A stretch of 63,875 bases of DNA, filler included, from Rozella allomycis CSF55 (Eukaryota), in NCBI GenBank assembly GCA_000442015.1. It is 9 parts of 9 records of this genome, joined end to end, with 100 filler letters (N's around TTAATTAATTAA, not from the genome) between each part and the next. Parts side by side here need not be neighbours in the genome. Positions count along the whole stretch, not along the records: positions 5,595 to 20,314 come from KE561177.1; positions 20,415 to 30,116 come from KE561178.1; 7 more parts are not named here. One strand, given 5' to 3'. Below are positions 12,800 through 27,400 of this stretch, in pieces. The notes beneath the pieces were generated by a model that made no database searches, was not told where the DNA came from, and worked only from the letters and a program-made list of their open reading frames with translations. The translations under genes were made by a program, and so were the position numbers. Numbering within the stretch: the stretch's first letter is position 1; every line of letters starts with the position of its first letter.

Positions 12800-14600
12800 T
12801 GTTGTCGCGGTCAGGTCAAAATGTTTTTATGTCGTTTTTTCCAAAATTCCGAATTGCATTGCAGATTTAAAACAATTTTAAGCAATCGAAATCCTCTGTA
12901 CGCGCACTGATACCAGATACACTACGGAATTGCAAGAGATTCTATGTTTTTATAGAGACTCTATAAATATCAAAGGAAATTGGAAACGTCACTCAACCCG
13001 CAATAAGCATGATTTTGATAAAACCTTTGACATATACATAATTAAACTAGCGTACTTTAAATGTAGAAATCTCATTTAACTGAAATTGACAGTACCTTGA
13101 GTCTAAAAGTTCGAATTTGTTTCTGAGGTATGATCAACCACACGTAACAAGTATGCCTGGGACAAATGTATCTTTAAATACCTAACAATTTGAAGCAAAT
13201 ATTATACATATATCTTTTCAAACTAGGACCTCAAAATATGAGAGACTTCGACCCTTGCAGGATACTAAAATGGCAGCCTATCGATCAATTTTAATGTTAC
13301 TCAGTCATTTTTAGTATGTGTTTGCTATATGCATTGTCTGCGTACAAGCGTCTTTTTTGGAAATAGAGACATGATTTGTGGTATAGCGCCAAGGCCGCTG
13401 ACACTGAGACGAGCAACCTCACGTGTAAGAGGAGGCAAAGTTTGACTTGCTTCAGATTCAGACATGATAGATATAAAATCAAATGCATTGTTTATATTTT
13501 TTCAAAATCGTGAATATAACCAATACGGAGACGTATATTTTTTGACATGAGCACCAATCATTATGATGTGTCTTGTTATGTGATCTGACCCAAGTAAGCT
13601 TCTCAAGGGTCTCTTCTTTGTCATTTGTCTTTACAAGAGACTTCATAGACCTTTTCAGATATTTTTTCGTTTTTCCTATATTTCGAACACTTTAATGTTA
13701 CCAAACATTTTATAGTTCGACCGCGTCCATAAATTTCCTACGCTGTCTGATGTTCTCCAATCGGATAAATTATAATCGCCATATCTTTCAAGCCTTCCCT
13801 GTTTCTCATCTCTATACTTTTTTGAAAAAAACCTACTTAAATCTATATTTAAGGACTTTGGTTCAAAACCAATCGCTTCGTTTAAACTCTACATGGGTTT
13901 GTTGTACTAGAAATTTTTAAAACAATTTGGTAAAATTGAAAATTCCCATTTTGTTATTTGTGAGATTTGGTTGTAATCGTATAATGTAACGCTATATGGT
14001 CATTGTCATGACCCAAATGATTCCATATATTAAACTTTATATAACTTTAACCTATTTATTGATGTCTAAAAAAAGTCATATTCACAATAGCACACAACTT
14101 TTTGTTTAATGAAATAAGTGACGTTGGGGCCTTTGACGCAATAAAAAGATCCCAGGTACCTTACTAAGGAGATAATAATTCAGACAAAATATCAAACTCG
14201 TCCTACTCTCCCTTATCTGTTGACAATTATTTAAACTATGTATAAATAGGAAACCCAAAAAATCATCTCATTTCATTAATGACTTATTAAATAACCAACT
14301 TTATAGCCACTTCGGGTAAGAGCGACTAAAAGCCGGTTACAAGTATTTGTTATATTTCAAAACATACTTAAAGAGCGTTATCACAATTAATTCACTTAGC
14401 AATTCCTTTAATATACCTTTAAACCAAAATTTGCGAAGCGACCTTAATATTATTTTGTAAATTTGGTTTTGTATTTCTCGCGTTGTAAAGACGTGGGAAT
14501 GGCGGTATGTTCAAAAGCCCGTAAGACGATGTTATTTTGGTACAACGCCACAGGTTTCGACCGTGGCCCTTACGGCAATTGAAATGTAACCCCAAACCCA
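12800..14600 (-). mobile_element. Possible heavily decayed LINE
   Basis: Only weak fragments: DNDHIALHYTI..KWEF (endonuclease 'SDH'-like end) and IGYIHD (RT 'YxDD'-like). Confidence 0.3.
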
Positions 14601-15877
14601 ATACACACTATACATTTGTAAATGCATCTAATCAAAGTTGGGTAAATTGTTAACATTTTGATTCACCAATTTAACAATTCATTTTTTGGGAAATTACAGA
14701 CTTTGTGTTATGCTAAAATCCAACCATTTAATTTTATACATGCTTTTATTATAATACAAATTTGGGAAAAAATCAAGGTCAAAGCTAGTATTCAGCTAGG
14801 GTATAGGGGGTTTTGTATTTAGATCAGTTACATAAAACTAGTCAAAATACAAAACATTGAAATCTGATAATCGATGTGGCCGATGGGATAATTTCGAAAT
14901 AACTATGGAATCAATGTCTATATTGTTTTCAAAGAGATATGAAACACTAAAAATGTGAATTGAATATATTTATTCCAGATTGTCGTTCAAGATTTCTTCT
15001 GAAAATGGGACAAATGTTCGGCGTGTCTTTTCCCTTTAATGTGGCCGTCGTATTCTCGATTGTATTTCGTAAGGTAATTTATGAACAAATTATTTTCCGA
15101 AATCAACAAATGCTTCTATCTCATCAAATTCCACCAAATGTGTCTTAACAGTATTGTAATATTAATGCCTCCTGTCGGTCATAAATATTGTCAGTACTGG
15201 CTTTGGTACGTAAAATTCATATAAAGCACCACACGTTTGTGCATATCGGCAAAAGTAAAGCTCTCGACGCCGATTATTTTTAAAGACACAGGATGTAAAC
15301 AAAGGGCAATTCAATGAATATTTTTAAAAGGGAATTTCAGCGTCCCAATAAGAAACCTTTCATCAACAAAGGACTGCATCGTTCTACAGCATGTAGCACC
15401 AGCCATACTTTGTGGGACATTGTTTAACAAAATTTTGTACTGCCCTTTTTTAGCACAAACAGTTTGTTTTGTTGCTCACGATCAAGCTGCCAACCAAGAA
15501 TTGGTATTCGTAAAATTTTAAAACGTCTAAGGATCCTTTTAATAATGGTATATCAATATTGTTCAAAATTGCACCAAATTATTATCATCGAATTCAAACA
15601 ACTACCTATGAATTTTGGCCCAAGTTCTATTCATAGTCCTGAGTGTGCAACAATGGAACTGCCACATTGAGTCACCCTCGTTTTTGTTTTTTGTGCAAAT
15701 CTCGTTTTGTCTGTCTCGTTTTAGGCATGTTACTTCTAAGTCTATTACAATTGATAAGAATTTTTCTACTTGATCTTTTACAAGTATATTCCGTAAATTT
15801 AAACCGTCATCAAAAACATTGTCCAACCTATGGCAAGAACATCCAATGCAGGTACAAATACCTTACTTATTGGATGA

Positions 15878-15946
15878 CAAGAATATTAAATTAATTGGCA
15901 ATTAATTTAATATTCTTGACAGGGCAATTAATTTAATATTCTTGAC
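15878..15946. repeat. 20-bp AT-rich perfect inverted repeat plus an extra direct copy
   Basis: caagaatattaaattaattg-g-caattaatttaatattcttg; related motif at 5438-5494 and 18981-19027. Confidence 0.85.
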
Positions 15947-16988
15947 ATTGGAAACTGAGTTTTGTCCACTGTATTCGAATTTTGTGAAGTTCTAAACTAT
16001 TTCCTAAAAACCTTTTTTTACGCAGTTTTGTATATCAAATGTTGAGACATCAAGTTCTATTCCTGAGTATTTTAGATACTATGACGAAGATATATATAAA
16101 CATGGATCAATCTCTGTTCCATTTAAAATTTCATTCAACGATGAACTAATAATAACGATCGATTTAAACTATGATGATCGTGAATACATTATTGAAAAAT
16201 TACCTATAATAAATATCCAGGGCGTGATGGTTTGACAAACAAATTCTATAAATTACTTTCACAACGTCACAAGAAATTTATGCTTTTATGTTTGAGATAG
16301 TTAATGATTGGTTGAAATCGAACATATATACAAAGTCAGTCATAAAATCAATTGATTATAGGATGAAATTCAAATTGGGTGAAACGGAGAATTCCAGGAA
16401 TCGGAGATTAAAATCACAAATTATCACTAACATCAGTTGACATAAATACACGAACTCATGACTTTAAATATTTATCAAAAACCTGATTTAAGATAGCTAA
16501 GTATTGAAAACTCTTTTTGGCAAAAATTATTATACGTTAATGCCATTTACTTGGTAGCATGGCCCTCCTGTTGTTCCATGATCCATAGCATAGAATGGGA
16601 CCTCTAACCTACCCAGCGTGTCCGCACGATGCAAGGAGGTGGTAACCATTCCATACCTTCGGGGCTGCAGTTCAAAGGCCACCTGAAGTTTAAATCCTTT
16701 TTTTTCACTGTCCGTCAATTATAATGGCTCTTTGGTTTTAACGTACAATTTTATACACAACAAACAGTTGTATTTGTCTGTGCAAAGACTTAAACTCAAA
16801 AACGCAAAGTAAAGATATAATTAGATGCGTTTGTGCAATTGAAAATTGCAAAAAGGATACCAACCCAATTGCTAACATTTGAATTTGTGACAATTCGTAG
16901 CAATGAAATAGACCGTCAAATGGCAACAATAGTTAGTATGGACGAAATCAACAGAGCCGTCAGGTTTGCCAATGCTTTTGCTACCTTA

Positions 16989-17257
16989 GGGGCTTTTTCA
17001 TGATTCTCTGTCGCTTCTTTGACCCTTGCAGCACAGGGTAATTTAAATTTCCTTAATATTTTAAGGAAATTTGCTCCGCTTTTTAGCGGACCAAAATCGT
17101 CTCCGCCACAAAGCGGATGCATCTACCCTTTCTCTCCTTTTGCACAACAAGCAAGAATTATTTACACATATTATATTAAAATTTCTTTGATCGCATATTT
17201 CAACTTTTGGCAGCTCCAGAACGTTGTTAATTGCATAAAATTAGTTTTAACAGGCCC
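16989..17257. mobile_element. Non-autonomous PIF/Harbinger-type (Tourist-like) element
   Basis: TTA|GGGGCTTTTTCATG at the left end and AACAGGCCC|TTA at the right end; internal hairpin array shared with 40139-40240. Confidence 0.65.
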
Positions 17258-19041
17258 TTAATAGATACAATGGTTTGACCGTCATTATGGATTACTTCAA
17301 TCCTACTGCTGTCCTGACACACGAAGATTGATATTTAAATACGTTTGTTAACATGAAATGAAATTGATTATGTTTGTTTATTCTGCGATTCTCATCACCT
17401 AAAGAACATCATGGAAGCTTACGGAAGAAATCGAACATGTTACCATAGAAACTGATCCCTATAAAATGACGCAAACATTAAATACACCCTGGCAAGTTCC
17501 GGCTATCGCTGGATCAGATTCTACGAACTAGTTTACAGCTTCATCTACTTTCACCAAAAGTCCTTTTATAAGGTCAGTCAGCTGCTAATCGGTTTCATTT
17601 TACTTTATCAATTTATCCATCCATCCAATCTAATGTATTAACATTCACGAGACTTATGAATCCGCCTAAAAAACATTAATGCTCATCTGCAAACAAACGA
17701 AACCACTCAAGACATAAAAGCTCATAGAACCGCATGCTAGGAAAAATGTTCTTTGCGATTAAAAACGATTAAAAATAAGAATACTACAAAAACAACGATG
17801 TCGGTTCCTTAAGTCACGTCTTTAAATATGTACCTGGCTTTTGATGATGCAACCATGCCTTGTTCAAAAGATTAGTGGATTTTTAAGCCTCCAAATCACC
17901 AGATCTTGGAAAAGACTTGATGCAAAACAATTTATCATGTCAGTTCTATTTCTGCACAAATTGTTATGAATGAAGATAATTAATTTGTTGTGAAAATTAT
18001 TTCTTGCGCGCATCAGAATAGGGCGAGACCTTTGGATATCGCGTATTATATTACTCAAGGCTGCAGCATACAGATCGAGCAATTCATGTAGCCTTTTCTG
18101 AAAATCAAAGAATACTCGCCGATATGAAATATCAATACCGCCCGTGTCACATAATCACCCAGTTCCCACAATAACATAATCACCCAGTTCCCACAATAGA
18201 CTTTAATATAATGCTTGAGGCCAAAAGTAAAAATTGTCTTTGTTAAAGGCCAAACCTTCCAACTTACTTTGATGATATCGTAGACTGACCAGGAGTATGG
18301 TAGTAAATTGAGAAGGCCAGGTGTTAGTAAGCAATACACTATTTACCCAGATTGCAAACGTTGAGTATTGTGGCCGATTTCTATTATGCGTTTCACTCAA
18401 TCAATGAGTCCAACCATTAAAGAATAGATGATGACCATTCTCCACTATTGTGTCAGACTGTCGTTGAAGAGCTGCTGTGAATATGATACTACTTCCATAT
18501 TTAACAGCTAATATAACTACTGTGTCAAATATAAATTCCGCTATCAAGAATAATTATCCTAACTAAACCAAATTTACAAATACATTTTAGAATGAAGCTT
18601 AAAACAAAAATTGAATAGTTTGATCTTAATGCTTCTGCATCTACAAATCTTGATAAAAAAATCTCTGGTATAAAAAATATATTTAAATCCTTTTTCTTTA
18701 TTAGGCATATTAGCTTTATCAATATATAAATCTTTGTTAAAACAGCAAATGATATTGATGGATGATGCATTTCTGATTATTTTCGCTTAGAATATTTTTC
18801 ATGTTTTTCTCATGCTAAAACACAAAATTTTACATTTTCTTTCATCAATTTCCCGTGGCAAATTCTTTGAATTTTTTTAGCGTACCCACTATAGCTCTGT
18901 GTCCACAAAAACATTTTCACAAGATAATTAGGATTAAGACTTTTCTTTCTATTGAATATGCGGTTTTTGTTAAAATATTCCAAGAATATTAATTTAATTG
19001 ACAATTAATTAAATGGAAATTTACTAATTAATTTATCACTT

Positions 19042-20053
19042 ATATATATACTCAGCATAAATTCAATAAATTACCTTTAACGTTTACTTCTTTTTACGTT
19101 ATCAGCACTTATGCTAACTCAAGGTCAATTAGTATCTTATACTCCTGATAAACTCAAAGTCGAAACTACTCTACGCTCAAAGACTGACAACTTTGACTGG
19201 TGCTTTGAAATGCAATCACTCCTAGCTAATGTTTCAATGTGGAAGACTGTTTTAATGTCTTGTGCAATTTTTCTGATGAAGCGAAATGTTTTACCTGTCA
19301 TCCAAACCTTAATCCAACGCCTTGTGACGCGTTGTGATCATTTCTTTAACGCTAAAAAGTGTTGGCTATGTCATCCAAATTTGAAAGTCTCTATTATAAA
19401 GAAAGGCAAAGCCACAGACAACGCTGCCGATGCTGCCGATGATTCGAATAAATCCGCTTCTGAAGCTTACATGTCTTTTCTGTTTGATTCTGGTTCGAAT
19501 ATTCATTTGACAAATCATTTATCATGTATTACTAACACTAGGCCTTCGCCCATTACTATCTCCACTGCTGGTGCTATTGGGAATATTATTGACTCAAGTG
19601 CATTTATTGTTGTTGCAAGGTTATAGAATCTTAAGTGATTCATTGTATAGAATTGATTTGCCCCTTGTGCATGGTCAGACATGTTCTGCCTATTCTTCCA
19701 ACCAACCAACCAACTAAGGTCACCTTATCTGAACCTATTCATAGATTTAATCATTTACCTCCAAAATATTTCCAAAAACTTGTCGGTTCATCCTTAGTAA
19801 CTGGTCTTGTTGTTGACAACAAATTATCGGAAGAAGTTCATGTGATTTATTGTATAGAATTGATTTGCTTCTTGTAAATGGTCAGACATATTCTGCCTAT
19901 ACTTCACACCAACCAAATAAGCTTACTTTATCTGAAATTCATCATAGATTTAATCATTTATCTCCAAAATATTTACAAAAGCTAGTTACCGCAAGAGAAC
20001 TTTTATCATGCGCGGCCATGTTGTTCGTGACGATCCATTACGTCTCCATTTAG
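19042..20053 (+). mobile_element. Ty1/copia remnant (partial LTR, gag, protease, pre-integrase)
   Basis: KKCWLCHP knuckle-like motif, FLFDSGSNIHL protease motif, HHRFNHLS pre-integrase motif (locally duplicated); TATA and AATAAA upstream. Confidence 0.85.
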
Positions 20054-20414
20054 CACCATACCTTCCAATTTGCGCTAGCGAGGATAACTATCGGACCCGC
20101 ATAGTCTTGTCGAAGGTATTCACGGTTTCATTAACAATGCCATCCCAAGCAACAATGATCAACTGCAAAAATAGAAAGAAGTAAACGTTAAAGGTAATTT
20201 ATTAAATTTATGCTGAGTATATACANGGTATTCACGGTTTCATTAACAATGCCATCCCAAGCAACAATGATCAACTGCAAAAATAGAAAGAAGTAAACGT
20301 TAAAGGTAATTTATNNNNNNNNNNNNNNNNNNNNNNNNNNNNNNNNNNNNNNNNNNNNTTAATTAATTAANNNNNNNNNNNNNNNNNNNNNNNNNNNNNN
20401 NNNNNNNNNNNNNN

Positions 20415-23050
20415 TTAGAAATTTTAGAAAGAAAAGGTAAATTAGAATTTGAAATTTTAAAAGTTTTATAAAATTCATCATTTCGTTCATTTTTGAATTC
20501 TTTTCTTACTTGTCTGAATATATTGTTAATCATTATTGTTAAAAATGATTCAAATGGATTAAACAACAAATTTGAAAAATCATAACGATCCAACGCTGAA
20601 TTCACAGACATTTCCTTGCCAAGAAACTCAAACGCTTCTTTCAAATCTTCAAAATCTAAAATCTCAAATTTAAAATCAAATTTCTCATAAATTTGATTCT
20701 CATATTTCTGTTTTCCATTAAATTCACTCGTCAACATTAATGGAAATTTATTCTTTCTAGTTGAAACTATTTGCCAAACATTCTTTTCAACTCCATTATA
20801 CTTTGAAAATTTTATAGAAATTTCAGGAATGCTAATTTCATTTCTAATTAAACATTTATTAGGTAAAATCTTTATTGGCAAAATAGTTTTAATTGATGAA
20901 TCCATAAAAAATGTATTTGAATAAAATTCTCTCAAATTAATCTCATTCGTTATCAAACTCCACTTCCCATTAGGCGTGGACATTGATGAAAGCAACTTGA
21001 AATCTTCCATTATTATTTCCCAAGGCAAGTCACCCTGGAAATTCATCTTTCCTTGTCCAATCTTTCCCTTTACATAAAATTTATGTGGTAATGGATCACT
21101 GTGGTGTCTACTGCTATTCCCCAAATTGAAAATATATTCCTGAAAGAATCCATTCAGTTTATTCAACTTGACTTCATCATACTCTGAATACCCAATCTGG
21201 AACTGAAACTCCATCTTCCCCTCGTGAACCAAACACATAACATTCTTCAAATCTCCATTCAAATACACTTGGCCCTTGTTAGATCTAACAGAAAATAATT
21301 CTTGCTTTTCACTCGGATGATGTCCCGCCACTTGGAAATTCATATACATATCATTCCAATACAGTTTAATCCTTGATTCACTCAAAACACTCTCATTCAC
21401 ATCAAACATCATTCTAGAATCAACAGTCACCATCGAATTAGTAGATTCTACATTAATCACATTCAAATGCTCAATCTCACACTCACTCTTCCCTTCACTC
21501 TCAAACCCTACTGGAATCTTAAAAAATGATAAAATTGATGAAATTATATTCTCTTCTCTCCGCCCAGACAGAAACACATTCTTAAACTTTTCTTCTCGTC
21601 TAAACATCTCAACTACACTCGTCATATTCGATATCCCAATCTCTGTCATCATCTCTACAACAACTGAATCAACGCGCGATGGCTTCACATCAAACGATAA
21701 CACTTTACTACTCAACCCACTCTCACTCAAAAACATAGACTCAAACGACAACAATGGCAAATTCCCCGATATCATCTCATTCTTCATCTCAAAATTAAAA
21801 TACTCTCGAGCCATATACCCCAAATCAGCTACAGACTCTAACACAAAATATGGCACATTGTCCCTCACATTCCCTCCTATCAGTCCAACAGACAAAAATG
21901 GCTCATCAGTGCATCCATTCTCTTTATTATTTTTATTACATATCTTTTTATCATCACTTTTATTATTTACTCGGCGATTCAAGCTTTTGCTCGCCAAAGT
22001 CTTTTCAATGTCTTTTACGAAATTTCCTAATTTATTCTTGAGCAAATCTTGATATGAATTCAGAAATTTAGACGCCAAATCCAATCTCTTCTCCGAAACT
22101 GGTAATGGAATCAAAGTATCTGATATAAAATCCAGCAATTCACACTTTTCTTCCATTCCATTCCTCACATTCAAATACAACCCCAAATTCGATGATTTCT
22201 TCTTTATCTTGCCAAGAACATCCAATATCTGTCGCTCAGCTGCAAACGGTATTTCAAATCCAAAATTAACATCCAAACCAGTCGAATTATTCAAAATCAA
22301 ATATCTCTCTGTATTCAACGTCATCAGCCTATTCTTCTTGCCATCAGCCAACGATATCGACATTGCCGGCACCCTCAAATCCAAATACACCGGAACACTC
22401 CCAGCCTTGACATCCAAATTAACCCTCGCCCCAAAATCCTTCGATCCCCTCTCATTCAAAAACTCAATATTCCTCACAGCAGCCTTGCCCTCCCCACCCT
22501 CTCCCCCAGTCACCAGCTCATGCACGGGAATCTCCACACTCCTGCTCACAGGAACCCTAACTCTCACAAAAAACGCATCCGTCTCCACATCCACACTCAC
22601 CCTCACAACAACTTTATCGTCCGGATCAAACTTGAACAGAAACTTCTCCAGCCCCTTCTCCACCACACGCACGCTCGACCGGAAATCATACACATTGCGC
22701 ATCCGCTTCAGCTCCACATCAGGTATCCCCCGAATTTCCAGCATCCGTTCATCTTGATATTCAACGTCAATCTTGACATGCGAAAACTGCAGCCCGTATT
22801 TCGACGGATTATCTACTAAAGCCCGGATATCATACTCTATCGCCGCGAAATCACAGAATGATCCAAACTTTAAACGCTCAATCACTATCTTTGATTCTTT
22901 CGCCTTGTACAGCTCTTTCGCTATTATAATGCCATTCAGCAATAGTATCAGTAACGTAAACATTATAAAGGAACAGGCTGTAAATATTAACTGGCTCTTT
23001 CGAGTGCTAGGCCATATTTTTGATATTTTCTTTGGGATTCTAACAGCCAT
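20415..23050 (-). CDS. Hypothetical membrane-anchored protein with LEA_2-like beta domain(s); 3' end cut by the contig edge
   Basis: Long intronless ORF (>870 aa); N-terminal TM helix followed by the 'VDNPSKYGLQFSHVKIDVEY' LEA_2-like pattern. Confidence 0.75.
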
Positions 23051-23509
23051 GGTGGCGCAGTACGAATGGGGCGTTTAACGTTGGAGTTGTTATGAAGTGG
23101 AATTGATTTGATACTAGTTAAATTAATAAATTGCAATTACAATATTTAATTATTTTGACATATTACAGATGTTGGCAGTAAATTTTGGGGAACGTCATTC
23201 CATCAATTGAAATGACACGTATTCCAATTTCCATATACTATTTTAGAAATGATATATATCTAGATCATAGATGCTAATGTTATATGTTAAAATGTGCTAA
23301 GTCTTTGGTTAATCGTTACAGCAATTTTGTATGGATATTCACACAACATATCTAAATCCGTGTAACATTTCGTTACGAAATTTTAAAAGCTTTATGAATT
23401 CAGAATTGACTAGTCACTAGATTTACAAATTCATATAACATATCAAATCACTGTTACAAAATCGCTGAGATATACTAATTTTATACAATATTAACTTTAA
23501 CAATTTCAT

Positions 23510-23720
23510 TTATTTATCATCTGCAACTAGATCATTAACAGACTTTTCTAGATCATCCATTCTCCCTATCATTTCATCTATTTTCGCCAAAATTTGGTTT
23601 GAAGCAGCCGAAAACTTTTCTTCCAAATCCACTAACAAAGATTCAACCTATAGTTAACATATTAACATATTATATTACATTTGTGGGTTGTTCATCTGGT
23701 GAGACAGTCTCAGTTTCCAT
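23510..23720 (-). CDS. HSBP1: Heat shock factor binding protein 1 (2 exons; 31-nt intron 23648-23678); absent from the ORF track
   Basis: Spliced product METETVSPDEQPTNVESLLVDLEEKFSAASNQILAKIDEMIGRMDDLEKSVNDLVADDK matches the HSBP1 pattern; GT..AG intron in frame. Confidence 0.88.
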
Positions 23721-23864
23721 TTTCTGAAATTTCAAGGTCCAAAAAGTCGATAAAAGTCCAAATAAAATTTCCTATACAATAAATACCATTTTCAAATCAT
23801 TCTCATGTTTAATTGATTTTATTTCAGTTGATTATCATTGTAGTAAATTTACTAAAATATTTAA

Positions 23865-25570
<1,706 letters not shown>

Positions 25571-25744
25571 AGTTTTCTTCATTTCTATCTAAAACTTCGG
25601 GATAATCGGGCTAATCTTTATCTGATTGCGTTATTAGAATGCCACTTAAAATAGATCGCGCTGCGCCATACTAAAGAAAATAGACATATGTTAAAATGTG
25701 ATATTTGCTCGTATGTTCACCCCGAAAATTTTACATTTCAAAAA

Positions 25745-27393
25745 ATGCATAATCTTAGCAGTGAGGAATTCAGTTTTCTGCTAGAGCAAAATAGTTTTGC
25801 CGACATAGCATTGTTTTTCAAAGGTAAATGCTTGGATTGATAAAAACAGAAAATGAAATAGACGGAAGCCTAATATTCGACTTGAGTTATGATACTCTCA
25901 AAGAGATTGGAATCAAACTAGTAGGGCCAAGACAAAAGGTGTACCATTTTCTGAAAATGATAAAACTTTGCTGCACAAAATCACTATTCAATCAAGGATC
26001 GGATTTAAAACATTTAGAAGTCGTACAAGAAAACGTTGATAAGGCCAAAACACTCCAATTTTTTGACGAGTGTGAAAATGAGTATAACGTTACCATTAAA
26101 GATTATTCGAGCTACGAAAGTATTATATCCTCAGTCAAAGAATCACTAAGAACTGAAAATCATACTTGTTTGCATATAATACCTTTTCAATTAACTTTTA
26201 ACTCACTGCATTCACAAGGACGGCAATTAACAGAAAAGCAAGTTCTATACATATTGAACAGATTTGATAACATTAACAAAAAGTTTTGCAATTATAAATT
26301 TTACGCCTTCACAGAAAAGAAAGTGCCTAAATTGACCAAACATCATTTCTACGAAAACCGGCCACCGACAGAGTACATTTCATTAAACTTGAATCAATAT
26401 TTCCCGAATGTGCGAAAATCAAGCAAATTGAATAGATCTGCTTTTGTATTAAAAATTGATACAAAGTTGGATGAATCGTTGCCTGGCGATGATGAGGTTT
26501 CAACTGCGACGTCAATGTCACCGGCAAAAACAGATAAATGGGTGCAAGGAAGCTTGATCGGCCAAGGTAGTTTCGGTTCTGTAGTGTTAGGCCTCAACAC
26601 AAGAACAGCAGAGTTATCAGCAATTAAACAAGTTGAATTACCGACATTATCGAATGAAGAGAGAAAAATCCAAATGGTAAAAATTACAATTTTATTTCTA
26701 ATTTAGTTAAAATCATTTGAACATGAAGTTTCTCTTTTGCAAGAACTAAACCATTCAAACATAGTCAGATATTTAGATTGTCAAATCACTGAAGAAAAGT
26801 TTTTGATCTATTTAGAATATGTTCCAGGAGGAAGTGTAAGACAAATGTACAAATCTTATGGGGCCTTTGAGGAGCCATTGATAAGAAATTTTACCAGACA
26901 AATCCTAAATGGACTTTGCTATCTGCACGAAAAGAAAATCATTCATCGAGATATTAAAGGAGCTAATATATTAATTGATAATAGAGGGCGAGCAAAGATT
27001 TCTGACTTTGGACTGTCTAAAAGGATTGAAAATCAAGTTTTGATGGCTAGTCGTCAATCAGGGATGCAAGGCTCTGTACATTTTATGAGTCCGGAAGTAG
27101 TCAGACATTCGGAATACATTACGGCGAAAGCCGATATTTGGAGTCTTGGTTGTACTATAATTGAAATGTTAACAGCTGAACTTCCTTGGGGAAACACTAA
27201 TTCAATTCAAGTTATGTTTAAGATAGGGCATGGAGATCACCCAGTGTTACCCGATAATCTATCTGATTATTTGAAAGACTTTTTATCGCAATGTTTCAAA
27301 TTTAAGCCAGAGGAAAGGCCTAATGCTGATGTCCTTCTTAAACATCCATTTCTAGAAGACGGGATTTTGGTCTGTACATGTACACATAAATAA
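25745..27393 (+). CDS. STE11: Ste11-like MAP kinase kinase kinase (SAM + kinase)
   Basis: SAM-like N-terminus (ENEIDG..LKEIGIK.VGPR), RPPTEYISLNLNQYFP, GSLIGQGSFGSV, HRDIKGANIL, KISDFG; two short introns. Confidence 0.88.
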
Positions 27394-27400
27394 ATACAGT

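Noticed and set aside
22209-22757. 182-aa plus-strand ORF (similarly 31109..31780, 36599..37030, 23861..24367)
   Set aside because: Antisense shadows of real genes, with no independent motifs
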